DNA from: Christensenellales bacterium
GTDB taxonomy: Bacteria > Bacillota > Clostridia > Christensenellales > CAG-917
NCBI GenBank assembly: GCA_045130665.1
Contig: JBGUQC010000004.1
Coordinates: 206,089 to 270,088 of the forward strand
Reading direction: 5' to 3'
Length of the DNA stretch: 64,000 bases
Notes under the pieces: model-generated
The model's database searches: none
What the model saw: the letters and a program-made list of their open reading frames with translations, nothing else
Told to the model about the DNA's origin: nothing
Position numbers and translations under genes: made by a program
Part shown: positions 18,553 to 28,313 of the stretch, piece after piece
Layout of the letters: the number at the start of each line of letters is the position of its first letter
Numbering within the stretch: the first letter of the stretch is position 1

Positions 18553-19967
18553 TATATTTTTAGTGTCAAATACTTAAATAAGTATTCGCCCATTTGTTTT
18601 TCTGCTCTCTCTTTAAATCCTAACTTTGTTAGATTATTCAAAGATGCTACATTGTTGTATTGCACCACCGCACATAACGTGCATGGAGAAACATTTCTCT
18701 TTGCCCAGTCAATTACTCTAGAGCAAACCTTCCTGCCTTCTCCTAAGTGCCTAAAGCCCTCTTGCACCATTATTCCAGAAAACTCAAAGTATTGCCCTTC
18801 ATCTTCAGCGCCACCACAGATATCCTTTAGCATATCTCCGTATTCTCTGTCTGAATCCACTCCACATGTTGCAATTATCTTGCCGTCCTTTACATGCGCA
18901 CACATGAATCCGTGCTTGAGCACAAACATTAGTTCATCTGGCTTGTAGTTCATAAAGAACTTCTTATCCTCTAAAGACTCTATGCCCCTAATATAGAAAT
19001 CCCATAAAGCATCATAGTCTTCTTCAAATAACTGGATATACTCATCCTTTATATCGCCTAAATTCCTTGCAAATAGGTCATCTAGTATCTTTGCATTCTC
19101 TTTCTTAATTACAGAATACCTCTCAACAAAATGATCTGGATTGTAACTGAGCTTAGATTTTCTAAGCCCCTCTACTTCCATATCCTCTTGCCTGTTAAGA
19201 TACTTTGTATCTTGCAAGAATTCCTTTGCAAAGGTATTTGCCAAATATGTGTAACTACCCTCATAGTCTGTGTTGGCTTTTTCATACATAACTATGGCCA
19301 CATCAGATGGTAACACCTCTGCAACCGTTAACCCTATGATTTCATCATGGTTAACTAATATAGCACTCTTTATCTTAGAATTTTCATCTCCAGCGCTGAG
19401 CAACATTCCCTTAAGGAGCTTGTATTCTTTCTCGAGTAAAGAGTTAACTAGGTCCTCTTCATCTATCTCTCTGTCCTTCACCCAGTCTATTGCAAACTTT
19501 AAACAGGCATCTTTGTACTTATCTTCGTATGCAATAAGCTTTGCATCTGGATATAGAGACTTAAACTTAGATATATGATTACGCTTACTATGCCACTTCT
19601 TTCCTGCCATCTGAATGAAGTCTTGAGTATCATAAATGTAATCATACTCTCCTCTAAATGCCTTGATATAATACCTATCCTTGTCTAACTTCTCTATTTC
19701 CTCTTTTGTGAAATAATGAAGTGGTATTGTAGCATCTAGTCTCTCTATTGCCTCTTCTAAATCCCCGTAAGTTAAAGGTTTCCAGAAAAGGTGCTCATCT
19801 TCATATCTTCCTTGAAGATAAAGCGTATTATTCTCAATCGCGTACTTAATATCGTAAAAGTAATCTAGAAATGCTAGTTCGCTTAGCTCACTACCTTCAT
19901 ATTTTTTATCTTTTATCCACTTGTATATAAACTCGTGAGCTAAACTGTCGTACGCTTTGAATTCCAT
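18552..19967 (-). CDS. DUF2156 (MprF synthase-like, aa-tRNA-dependent transferase fold) fused to a C-terminal GNAT domain
   Basis: DYIYDTQDFIQMAGKKWHSKRNHISKF matches my recollection of the soluble DUF2156 signature. C-terminal ~140 aa are GNAT-like (GIMVQEGFRHLGEG..LGFKE). Confidence 0.65.
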   Translation of the reverse strand: MEFKAYDSLAHEFIYKWIKDKKYEGSELSELAFLDYFYDIKYAIENNTLYLQGRYEDEHLFWKPLTYGDLEEAIERLDATIPLHYFTKEEIEKLDKDRYYIKAFRGEYDYIYDTQDFIQMAGKKWHSKRNHISKFKSLYPDAKLIAYEDKYKDACLKFAIDWVKDREIDEEDLVNSLLEKEYKLLKGMLLSAGDENSKIKSAILVNHDEIIGLTVAEVLPSDVAIVMYEKANTDYEGSYTYLANTFAKEFLQDTKYLNRQEDMEVEGLRKSKLSYNPDHFVERYSVIKKENAKILDDLFARNLGDIKDEYIQLFEEDYDALWDFYIRGIESLEDKKFFMNYKPDELMFVLKHGFMCAHVKDGKIIATCGVDSDREYGDMLKDICGGAEDEGQYFEFSGIMVQEGFRHLGEGRKVCSRVIDWAKRNVSPCTLCAVVQYNNVASLNNLTKLGFKERAEKQMGEYLFKYLTLKI

Positions 19968-20468
19968 TTATTTCTTTTTGTTCTTCTTGTCTTTTTTAGA
20001 GTTTGTTCTAACCTCGTATGTTAATGCTGGACAATTGTCCTTTAATCTTGCATAGAATGTATCAAACTCTTTTGGAGATACATTGAGTAAATACTCTGTG
20101 TACTTCTCTGTGTCTTTCCACTCTTGCTTTACAACAATTATGTACTCGCCAATGTTTGGGTTGTACTTAACTTGTAAAACGTTCTCATATGGCACCTTCT
20201 CAGGAATAAGAAAGATTATCCACATATACTTGTCCTTGAATATGTATGAACTACCTAAAAGTGCATACAAGTCTACGAGGAAAACAACAACTAAACACGC
20301 TGTTGAAGCAGCATATAATGTTATATTTCCGCCTGGGCCAATGATGTGTAAGAAGAATAATATTTCAAGTATTATCCCTACAAAGCAAAGAACAGCAATA
20401 AGGATAAGGAAACTTGTTTTAAGCATTCCAAAACTCATTCTATAAAAATTCTTTGTATTATCGCTCAT
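19968..20468 (-). CDS. Small membrane protein (2-3 TM) with soluble C-terminal domain and K-rich tail
   Basis: 166 aa; abuts the DUF2156 gene (0-nt gap) and overlaps the upstream gene by ATGA. Confidence 0.55.
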   Translation of the reverse strand: MSDNTKNFYRMSFGMLKTSFLILIAVLCFVGIILEILFFLHIIGPGGNITLYAASTACLVVVFLVDLYALLGSSYIFKDKYMWIIFLIPEKVPYENVLQVKYNPNIGEYIIVVKQEWKDTEKYTEYLLNVSPKEFDTFYARLKDNCPALTYEVRTNSKKDKKNKKK

Positions 20469-21445
20469 TCGTTAATCTCTCCCTCACTCTCACCTTCATC
20501 TTCGGTTTGTGTTTCTGGTCTGTATCCATACTCTGTTGTGTCTATAACAGTGATTGCATCTGTGTAGAACTTGTATCCCTTTACTTTGTAATAACCAATT
20601 AACTCAATTGCTCTTAAAACAAAGTAGTAAACAGATGGCAGTGCTAAGTAAATGAGTCCGTATGTTGGAAGTGCTAAAGCTGTTGCAATACAGAAACTAA
20701 TTGCACATAAGAGTAAGAATGCTTGCATAACACTTCCTCTGTTTCTCTTAAGCATTGGGAAACTCTTTTTGAATGCAACAAATACTCTCTCCTCTGGATG
20801 GAATAACATTCTTGGTAACCATGCAGAAACTAGTAAGGATCTGCAGGATGTGTATACAACAAATAAGATAATGAGGATTGGGAATATGAATAACCCAATT
20901 ACCTTGTTAAGGAAAATACCAAATACTCCTAAAAGAACAACTGCACCAAAATCTAATGGGAAGAGTAAGACCATTTTTGCTGCACTAAACTTTGCAGAGA
21001 CCTTAATGTTCATAATTATTGAGGATGCAAGTGGCATCTTCATGTCTGAAGACATAATGTTGTTAACAATATACGCCACTGGATAATGTACTAAACCTGT
21101 TAAGAATGAATAAAGGAAGTATATTCCAATTGGGATTAAAACGGATGCAAGCACACCAAATGGGTGTGTGTATACCATCTCAAAATACTTCACTATAAAT
21201 GTCATGAATTGGTTGAATACTGCTCTTAATCCGGCATTGCCTTCCATATATCTGCTAATTGTATTCCAAACTGGTGCAAAAACCGCATCTACATCTGCAT
21301 ATGTCATTGCATGCTTATATACAGGAATAACAACTGCACAACTAATTCCCGCAACTATGCAAACACAGATAACAAGATATACGAATATCTTTAAGATATA
21401 CATTGGGTGCGAGAATAATAATGACATTGAATTTTTAAATTCCAT
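20465..21445 (-). CDS. Polytopic membrane protein, unknown function
   Basis: 326 aa, about 8 hydrophobic spans, acidic C-terminal tail. Confidence 0.6.
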   Translation of the reverse strand: MEFKNSMSLLFSHPMYILKIFVYLVICVCIVAGISCAVVIPVYKHAMTYADVDAVFAPVWNTISRYMEGNAGLRAVFNQFMTFIVKYFEMVYTHPFGVLASVLIPIGIYFLYSFLTGLVHYPVAYIVNNIMSSDMKMPLASSIIMNIKVSAKFSAAKMVLLFPLDFGAVVLLGVFGIFLNKVIGLFIFPILIILFVVYTSCRSLLVSAWLPRMLFHPEERVFVAFKKSFPMLKRNRGSVMQAFLLLCAISFCIATALALPTYGLIYLALPSVYYFVLRAIELIGYYKVKGYKFYTDAITVIDTTEYGYRPETQTEDEGESEGEINE

Positions 21446-21463
21446 AATTACCTCTTCTTTACC

Positions 21464-24085
21464 TTACTTTAGTAAGTCTAACTTTTCCTTTAATTTGTTG
21501 TATTTATCTTGTGCTAAATCTAGTTTAGCTTTTTCCATATCTATAACTTTTTGTGGAGCACGAGCAACGAAGTTCTGATTCTCTAATAATGCCTTAGAGT
21601 GTGCAATGTCTCCCTCTGCTTGCTCTAACTCTTTTTGAAGTCTTTCTCTTTCTTTTGCTGGGTCTACTAAATCGCCCATAGGAATGAAGACTTGTGCAAT
21701 GTCTGTAACTAAGGCCACTGCATTCTTGTCTATCTCTTCACCCTCTCCTGCATAATGTACAGACTCAACACCAGCAAGTTTGTCTAAGTATGTCTCAAAT
21801 AAAGCAAATGTCTTTTGATCTTCTGCCTTAACAATAATGTGTATCTTCTTGCTTGGTACAACATTCATGGAAGCTCTTGTGTTTCTTATGGATGTAATTA
21901 AGTTAATCATGTTCTCGAAAGCCTTCTCTTCCTTGTGGTATACATACTTTCTGTTGTATGTTGGCCAGTCTTGAACCATTATAGATTGTCCCTTCTTGTT
22001 GTACTTAGAGTAAATCTCTTCAGTAATGAATGGGATAATTGGATGTAAAAGTTTCAAGATATTTGTTAATACATATGTAAGCATTGAAATTGCGTGCTTT
22101 CTGCTGTTTTCATCATCTGAATATAGCATTGGTTTGCATGCCTCAATGTACCAGTCACAGAACTCAGACCATGTAAAGTCATATAATCTTGCAGAAACAA
22201 CACCAAATTCGTATTTGTTGAGGTTAATTGTAACTTCCTTAATAACTGAATTTAATCTTGTAAGTATCCACTTGTCTGCAACATTTAATCTTGTTGGGAT
22301 AACGTTAATTTCATCACCCTTCTTAATGTTCATTAAAACGAATCTACTTGCATTCCATAGCTTGTTACAGAAGTTTCTGCATGCCTCGAGCTTTTCTCTG
22401 CTAAATCTTGTATCACTACCTGGAGCAATATTAGTTGTAAGTGAGAAACGAAGTGCATCTGCACCATACTTATCTATTAGCTCTAATGGATCAATACCAT
22501 TGCCAGCAGATTTGGACATCTTCTTGCCCTTTTCATCTCTAACAATACCGTGAATTAATACCTCGCTAAATGGTACATCCTCCATGAACTCTAAACCACT
22601 GAATATCATTCTTGCTACCCAGAAGAAAATGATGTCATAACCTGTAACTAATACAGATGTTGGGTAGAAGTATTGTAAATTCTTGTTTTTCTTTGGATAT
22701 CCAAGGGTACTAAATGGCCATAATGCTGAGCTGAACCATGTATCTAAAGCATCCTCGTCTTGGTGGAATGTAGTGCATCCACACTTACATTGTGTTGGCA
22801 TACTCTTTGCTACATACATTTCTCCACATTTGTCGCAGTAATATGCTGGAATTCTGTGTCCCCACCATAATTGTCTTGAAATACACCAGTCTTTAATGTT
22901 CTCCATCCAGTTGAAATAAGTCTTTTCAAAGTGTCTTGGAACGAATTCAATCTTTCTTGTCTTAACAGCTTTAATTGCAGGCTCAGCAAGTGGTTTCATC
23001 TTAACAAACCATTGACGAGATACAATTGCTTCAACTGTCTCATGACATCTATAACATGTGCCAACCTTGTGTGCATATGGCTCAATCTTTTCTAAATAGC
23101 CTTGCTTTTCAAGATCTTCCACTACTCTCTTTCTGCACTCAAGTCTGTCTAATCCTGCGTAAATACCTGCATTTTCATTCATTGTGCCGTCATCTGCAAT
23201 AACTCTAATTTGTGGAAGATTGTGTCTTAAACCAATCTCAAAGTCATTTGGATCATGTGCTGGAGTAATCTTAACTGCACCAGTACCAAAGTCCATCTCA
23301 CAATAGCTATCTGCAATGAGTGGAATCTCTCTATCTGTAAGTGGTAACTTGAGCATCTTACCAATCTTATCTATGTATCTTGGATCCTTTGGGTTTACAG
23401 CAACTGCAGTATCACCAAGCATTGTTTCTGGTCTTGTTGTTGCAATAGTAATGTAACCAGAACCATCTGCAAATGGATAATGATAATGCCATAAATTAGA
23501 TTGTTGTTCTTCGTATTCAACCTCTGCATCAGATAAAGCTGTCTTACAGTTAGGACACCAGTTAATCATCCTATCTCCCCTGTAAATGAGCTTCTTTCTA
23601 TAATATCTAATGAAAGCTTCTTGAACAGCGTTAGAACAGTTTTGGTCCATAGTAAATGCTTCTTTAGACCAGTCACAAGATGAGCCTAATCTCTTGATTT
23701 GCTCAACAATTCTGCCGCCATACTTTGCCTTCCACTCCCAGGCTTTTTCTAAGAAACCTTCACGTCCTAGCTCTTCTTTAGAAATTCCTTGCTCACGAAG
23801 TGTGTTAACAATCTTGACTTCGGTTGCAAGTGATGCGTGGTCTGTGCCTGGTAACCATAAAGTTTCATAACCACTCATTCTCTTGAAACGGGTGATTATG
23901 TCTTGTAGTGTTTGGTCTAATGCATGTCCCATATGAAGCTGGCCAGTAATGTTTGGTGGTGGCATCATAATGGTAAATGGTTCTTTATCTGGATTTGGGT
24001 GTGCCTCAAAGAACTTGCCCTTTACCCAAAAATCGTAAATCCTTTGCTCAAACTCAGGATTGTAAGTCTTTTCCATGTCGTTCAT
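21464..24085 (-). CDS. valS: Valine-tRNA ligase
   Basis: HIGH-type PNITGQLHMGH, KMSKS, C-terminal coiled coil; 873 aa. Confidence 0.97.
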   Translation of the reverse strand: MNDMEKTYNPEFEQRIYDFWVKGKFFEAHPNPDKEPFTIMMPPPNITGQLHMGHALDQTLQDIITRFKRMSGYETLWLPGTDHASLATEVKIVNTLREQGISKEELGREGFLEKAWEWKAKYGGRIVEQIKRLGSSCDWSKEAFTMDQNCSNAVQEAFIRYYRKKLIYRGDRMINWCPNCKTALSDAEVEYEEQQSNLWHYHYPFADGSGYITIATTRPETMLGDTAVAVNPKDPRYIDKIGKMLKLPLTDREIPLIADSYCEMDFGTGAVKITPAHDPNDFEIGLRHNLPQIRVIADDGTMNENAGIYAGLDRLECRKRVVEDLEKQGYLEKIEPYAHKVGTCYRCHETVEAIVSRQWFVKMKPLAEPAIKAVKTRKIEFVPRHFEKTYFNWMENIKDWCISRQLWWGHRIPAYYCDKCGEMYVAKSMPTQCKCGCTTFHQDEDALDTWFSSALWPFSTLGYPKKNKNLQYFYPTSVLVTGYDIIFFWVARMIFSGLEFMEDVPFSEVLIHGIVRDEKGKKMSKSAGNGIDPLELIDKYGADALRFSLTTNIAPGSDTRFSREKLEACRNFCNKLWNASRFVLMNIKKGDEINVIPTRLNVADKWILTRLNSVIKEVTINLNKYEFGVVSARLYDFTWSEFCDWYIEACKPMLYSDDENSRKHAISMLTYVLTNILKLLHPIIPFITEEIYSKYNKKGQSIMVQDWPTYNRKYVYHKEEKAFENMINLITSIRNTRASMNVVPSKKIHIIVKAEDQKTFALFETYLDKLAGVESVHYAGEGEEIDKNAVALVTDIAQVFIPMGDLVDPAKERERLQKELEQAEGDIAHSKALLENQNFVARAPQKVIDMEKAKLDLAQDKYNKLKEKLDLLK

Positions 24086-24102
24086 AATATATATCCTCTA
24101 AA

Positions 24103-24903
24103 TTAATCTTCTGTCTTTTCTTCAGCTTGAGCCTCTTGTGCTTTTGCTGCTTCTTCGTTTTCTTTTTTAAGTTCTTCTTCTCTTTGTTTTGCCTTCTCTG
24201 CTGCTATCCTGTTTTGGATATCTCTTCCTGTTTCGCCTTCAATATAAGTTCCATCCTTAATTGCTTTGGAAACTAATCTTGCTTGGACAATAACATCTTT
24301 TAAGTATGAAAGAGCAGATGCCCAGCCGAGTGTAATACCCCATGCTAGAATGCCCCAGTCTGCGAAATATAAATATGGGTGGAAGAAGCCCAAGATAACC
24401 CCTACTGAGACTGTGAAAGAAGCAACCTTTCCAAGCATATTTGCCTCAACTTTAGCTTTTTTCTTCATTGCAATTGGTGCATTGATTACTAAAACGATTT
24501 CTTTTAACATAATTGCAATAACGAAACCATAGTGTACATACCATCCACCATCTATCTCTGGGAAATGGCTTGTGTTTTTACCTAATGCTGCACAACCTGT
24601 ACAGAAAGCTAAACACATTAACACTGATATATGCATTAATTTATCTGCAAGTGGATCAAAAATCATACCAACACCACTGCACATATTGAATTTACGTGCA
24701 ATCCATCCGTCTATTAAGTCAGATGCGGATGCAATAAAAAATACTCCTAGTGCACTATAGAAATAGTAAAGGTTAGACCATACACCACCAAGTGCCATAA
24801 GGACTATAAATACTGGTACGCAAATCATTCTAAAATAAGTAATGATGTTTGGAATTGTCCACAAATCTTTTGTACTCAATTGAGTCATTCCTTTGTAAGC
24901 CAT
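24103..24903 (-). CDS. CDP-alcohol phosphatidyltransferase (PgsA-like) with E/A/K-rich C-terminal tail
   Basis: Motif DLIDGWIARKFNMCSGVGMIFDPLAD = D(x)2DG(x)2AR(x)8G(x)3D(x)3D. Confidence 0.8.
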   Translation of the reverse strand: MAYKGMTQLSTKDLWTIPNIITYFRMICVPVFIVLMALGGVWSNLYYFYSALGVFFIASASDLIDGWIARKFNMCSGVGMIFDPLADKLMHISVLMCLAFCTGCAALGKNTSHFPEIDGGWYVHYGFVIAIMLKEIVLVINAPIAMKKKAKVEANMLGKVASFTVSVGVILGFFHPYLYFADWGILAWGITLGWASALSYLKDVIVQARLVSKAIKDGTYIEGETGRDIQNRIAAEKAKQREEELKKENEEAAKAQEAQAEEKTED

Positions 24904-24943
24904 AAGAAATAAAACTCCCTCTTTATATATAAAATTTACAAGA

Positions 24944-24973
24944 ATTATATTACTTGGAATATATTCTTGTCAA
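24944..24973 (-). promoter_or_regulatory. Consensus sigma-70 promoter TTGACA-18-TATAAT heading the pgsA-valS array
   Basis: Minus strand: TTGACA agaatatattccaagtaa TATAAT, embedded in the 13-bp inverted repeat 24938..24970. Confidence 0.55.
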
Positions 24974-24993
24974 AGAGATATACTAAAAAACCA

Positions 24994-25023
24994 TAAAAAA
25001 ACAGGCCTCGCTGAAGAGACCTG
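24994..25023 (-). terminator. Rho-independent terminator after the large lipoprotein gene
   Basis: Minus strand: CAGGTCTCttcagcGAGGCCTG + TTTTTTT. Confidence 0.7.
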
Positions 25024-25043
25024 CTTAATTTATAAATTAAATT

Positions 25044-27686
25044 TTAGTCATCTGCAAACTGAACAAATATTATGTTCGCTTCATTGGAACCCTCAAACGC
25101 ATCAATGCCAATTCCAAGATTTAAATCAAATTGCGCAAATACCATTTGCTTGGAAATGCCTGTCGCTGCTTGGGAATATTCTCCAAATTGCAACTCACTT
25201 AACGCAAGAAAATATGTAGCAAGATAAGATTCACATGCGGATGCACTTTCAAATGTTAGATATATTGTTAAAGACTTCTCCCAATCTTTTCCATGTTGTA
25301 TATTGTTGTACATTGTGGAATCCTTGGATTCATTTAAAATGGTGCTAAGATTATCTAGCGTTGGGAATCCCATACTTGCTATAAATGTGTTCGTTGCTGC
25401 TGGAGACATGTATACTTCAGACTTGAATAACATGGTTATTGTGTTGCCATCTAAATAACGATATCTAAAGGACTTCACTCCTGCTTGTGTTTTGCTCTCC
25501 CAGTAATCTTGCTCATCATCAACAAATTTAAATCCATCACTAATTAATGCATTTGTGTATGTAGTTAAATAACTATCCATTTCACTTTCACTCTCAAATC
25601 CACATCTAACTTCAAGCATTAAATCATAGTTGAATAAGTAATTGGAAGATTCAATACTGTAATAATGTGTGTCAATAGCATACCAGTTATTAAGATTTTC
25701 ATTACTTGTTAATTGTAAAAATCCTTTTTCAGTAATTACTGTGTTAATGTCATTTAATGTATCATACTCTGGGAAATCATATGTCTTGTATGCAGTGATT
25801 GTGAATCCATTATCAAATGAAATATCTATGTTGGATGTGCATGTAGTATCAGCTCTAATTACCTTAGTAAAATGATAGCTATCATTTTCATCTTGTGTAA
25901 AACCATTATCATTTAATATAGATGCATAAGCAAGTGCAGCTAAAGGTCCATACTTTGGATCTGTAATTATAATATCACCATTATCTGTGTTCTCTTCCCC
26001 TGTATAGACTAATGAAAGTGCATAGGATGCAAATGTTGGGAATGGTATAGCAATATCTGCATATCCTGGAAGGAATACTTGGTTAATTGTTTGTGTATAG
26101 CCGCCCCAATCTGTTAGTGCTTCTGGATATTCCCTGTTTGTATCATTCATCCATGCAATAGCAAGCTCTTCGCCTACTGCACCACCAAAACTAATCGTTA
26201 CATCATGGATATAACCATCTCCTGGATCTGTTTCAAATGTTGCAATTAAATGAACAACACTTGGATAGACATTGTCTAATACCATGCTAACTTGTGTAAC
26301 AACTGGTGCACCCATTCCGTGAATTCCAGCATAGAATTTAAATAATTCCTTTAAAGTTGCATTAGAACTAATAAATGTTAAAGGTGCCTCTGCTTGGTTG
26401 GTAAATACATCCCAAATATTGTCTACATCATTAAATTGATTTGGTAATCTCTCGGATGAAGCATATATTGCATTGCCTTGCATTACATATGTAAGTGTGT
26501 CTATTTGGCCGTAGTAGTAATCAATATAGAATACATCATTATCAAGAGACATAACTGTGAAGTTGTCATTTGGACTGTTATCATAACTTCCACATACTAA
26601 ATCTTGAGAAACTACATTAATGCTTAAATAACCATCTGCTCTAATTACATAGTTGCCCTCTTCAATCAAGTCTAAGAAGTTATCCATTGCAGCTTCAGAT
26701 ACATTTGCAGCTATATCCCAAATAGCAAATAACTCTACATCTTGAGTTAATTCTAAATTACTTGCATAAATAGGATTTCCAGTAGCTGTTAATGCCCAAC
26801 CTTTGAAGAACTTGTTTTCAGGTTTAGTAAATGTACATGCTGGTAATTCGTAATTATATGTGGTTTGTACAGCTTGCATTGTGCCGCTGCCACCATTAGC
26901 ATTAAATGAGACATTATAAATAATGTCTTCCCAAATTGCATAAAGAGGTAAACTTTCAGTAATATTAATTGTGGTTGTAGTAATTACACTACCTGTTGCA
27001 GTTAATGCCCAACCAACAAATCTCTTGCCTGTTGGTGCTGTGAATCCATTCTCTGGTAATGTGTACTCTCCAGCATATTTTTGAGATGCCATAGTACCTG
27101 TTCCACCATTAGCATTAAAGTTAATTAAGAAGTTGTAATCCCAAATAGCATAAATCACTGTATTAGCACTAATAGAAACTATCTCTCCAGGTAATTTGAG
27201 TGCGTTAGAATTCTTGTTTCCTACTGCCCAGCCTAAGAAAGACATTCCAGATGGAGCTGTGAATGTACATGCTGGTAAGGTGTAAGATCTAGACTTTTGA
27301 ACATTGCTCATTGTACCTGTTCCACCATTAGCATCAAAGGAAACATCATATGTTGCATATTGCCACATAGCATATACTGTAACATTGCCATTTACTGTTA
27401 CTTTGTCCCCTGCCATCTTTAAGTCTTTATCATCTCTGGTTCCAATAGACCATCCTCTAAAGACCTTGCCATCTGGTGCAGTAAATGTACATGTAGGAAG
27501 TGTAAGTTGTTCACCTTCTTTTATAACTACACTTTCAATGGTTCCACTTCCTCCATTACTATTGTAAACAATAGTATATTCATTTGGTGCTGTCTGCTGC
27601 TTTTTATTAGTATCACAGGATGTAACTGTAACTACACATAAAACAACAACTAACATTAAAACTAAAATGCTAATAAGTTTTTTCAT
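25044..27686 (-). CDS. Large surface lipoprotein: 4 Listeria-Bacteroides (InlB B / Flg_new) repeats + ~550-aa domain of unknown function
   Basis: Signal peptide with lipobox VTSC (Cys24); four units of Y.v.FnaNGGtGtm....y.LP.c.FtaP.g..F.GW. Confidence 0.8.
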   Translation of the reverse strand: MKKLISILVLMLVVVLCVVTVTSCDTNKKQQTAPNEYTIVYNSNGGSGTIESVVIKEGEQLTLPTCTFTAPDGKVFRGWSIGTRDDKDLKMAGDKVTVNGNVTVYAMWQYATYDVSFDANGGTGTMSNVQKSRSYTLPACTFTAPSGMSFLGWAVGNKNSNALKLPGEIVSISANTVIYAIWDYNFLINFNANGGTGTMASQKYAGEYTLPENGFTAPTGKRFVGWALTATGSVITTTTINITESLPLYAIWEDIIYNVSFNANGGSGTMQAVQTTYNYELPACTFTKPENKFFKGWALTATGNPIYASNLELTQDVELFAIWDIAANVSEAAMDNFLDLIEEGNYVIRADGYLSINVVSQDLVCGSYDNSPNDNFTVMSLDNDVFYIDYYYGQIDTLTYVMQGNAIYASSERLPNQFNDVDNIWDVFTNQAEAPLTFISSNATLKELFKFYAGIHGMGAPVVTQVSMVLDNVYPSVVHLIATFETDPGDGYIHDVTISFGGAVGEELAIAWMNDTNREYPEALTDWGGYTQTINQVFLPGYADIAIPFPTFASYALSLVYTGEENTDNGDIIITDPKYGPLAALAYASILNDNGFTQDENDSYHFTKVIRADTTCTSNIDISFDNGFTITAYKTYDFPEYDTLNDINTVITEKGFLQLTSNENLNNWYAIDTHYYSIESSNYLFNYDLMLEVRCGFESESEMDSYLTTYTNALISDGFKFVDDEQDYWESKTQAGVKSFRYRYLDGNTITMLFKSEVYMSPAATNTFIASMGFPTLDNLSTILNESKDSTMYNNIQHGKDWEKSLTIYLTFESASACESYLATYFLALSELQFGEYSQAATGISKQMVFAQFDLNLGIGIDAFEGSNEANIIFVQFADD
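26718..27578 (-). repeat. Four tandem ~70-aa coding repeats (Flg_new type) inside the lipoprotein gene
   Basis: aa 37-323: repeats begin YTIVYNSNGGSGT, YDVSFDANGGTGT, LINFNANGGTGT, YNVSFNANGGSGT. Confidence 0.8.
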
Positions 27687-27697
27687 AACTTTCCTCT

Positions 27698-28234
27698 TTA
27701 TCTATTTGCATCAATTTCTTTCAATCTCTTTATTGCTGGTTCATAACCACCTTGTGCTGCAAGTCTATACAATTGTATAGCATTGTCTAAATTCTTTTCA
27801 CCGCCATATCCTCCTTCGAAACAATAACCATATTTATACATTGCTTCTGGATATTCTTCATTTTCTGCGGCTCTAAAATATAACCATCTGGCCTTTTTTA
27901 AATCTTTCTTAACACCATATCCATAGAAATAACAATCTCCAAGATGACTTTCTGCAATTGCAATTTCATTATCATCTGCAGCTAAAAACCACTTATATGC
28001 CTCTTCTCTGTCTTGTTTAACGCCTTTTCCATCGTAAAAACATTTTCCAATATACAATTGAGCTAAACCTTGTGTTTGCATACTCTTAGATTCTATAGCA
28101 CATGTAAAACATTTATATGACTTGTCGTAGTCAACATCAACACCTTTTCCTTCAAAATAACATATACCCATTTTACATTGAGCATCTAAATCACCTTGAT
28201 TTGCTAATTTGATTAATTCTTGAATATCACTCAT
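27698..28234 (-). CDS. Sel1-like (SLR/TPR) repeat protein, cytoplasmic
   Basis: Four units with G..Y..G.GV..D...A..W, no signal peptide; 11 nt upstream of the lipoprotein gene. Confidence 0.8.
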   Translation of the reverse strand: MSDIQELIKLANQGDLDAQCKMGICYFEGKGVDVDYDKSYKCFTCAIESKSMQTQGLAQLYIGKCFYDGKGVKQDREEAYKWFLAADDNEIAIAESHLGDCYFYGYGVKKDLKKARWLYFRAAENEEYPEAMYKYGYCFEGGYGGEKNLDNAIQLYRLAAQGGYEPAIKRLKEIDANR

Positions 28235-28267
28235 GTTTTCTCCAAAAATAAAAATTTAATTGTAGTT

Positions 28268-28297
28268 ATTATACTACAACTTCTCGTAAAAATTCAA
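28268..28297 (-). promoter_or_regulatory. Putative promoter TTGAAT-18-TATAAT for the Sel1-lipoprotein pair
   Basis: Read on the minus strand. Confidence 0.4.
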
Positions 28298-28313
28298 ATT
28301 TTAAAGGATTTTC

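Noticed and set aside
20652-21578. Antisense ORFs of 136-193 aa here and at 22026..22553, 34943..35371, 37946..38527, 57048..57476, 63443..63916
   Set aside because: All lie opposite genes with strong family motifs (valS, GGGtGRT, oxidoreductase, tsaC, phoH) and have compositionally odd products. They are typical shadow ORFs of an AT-rich genome.
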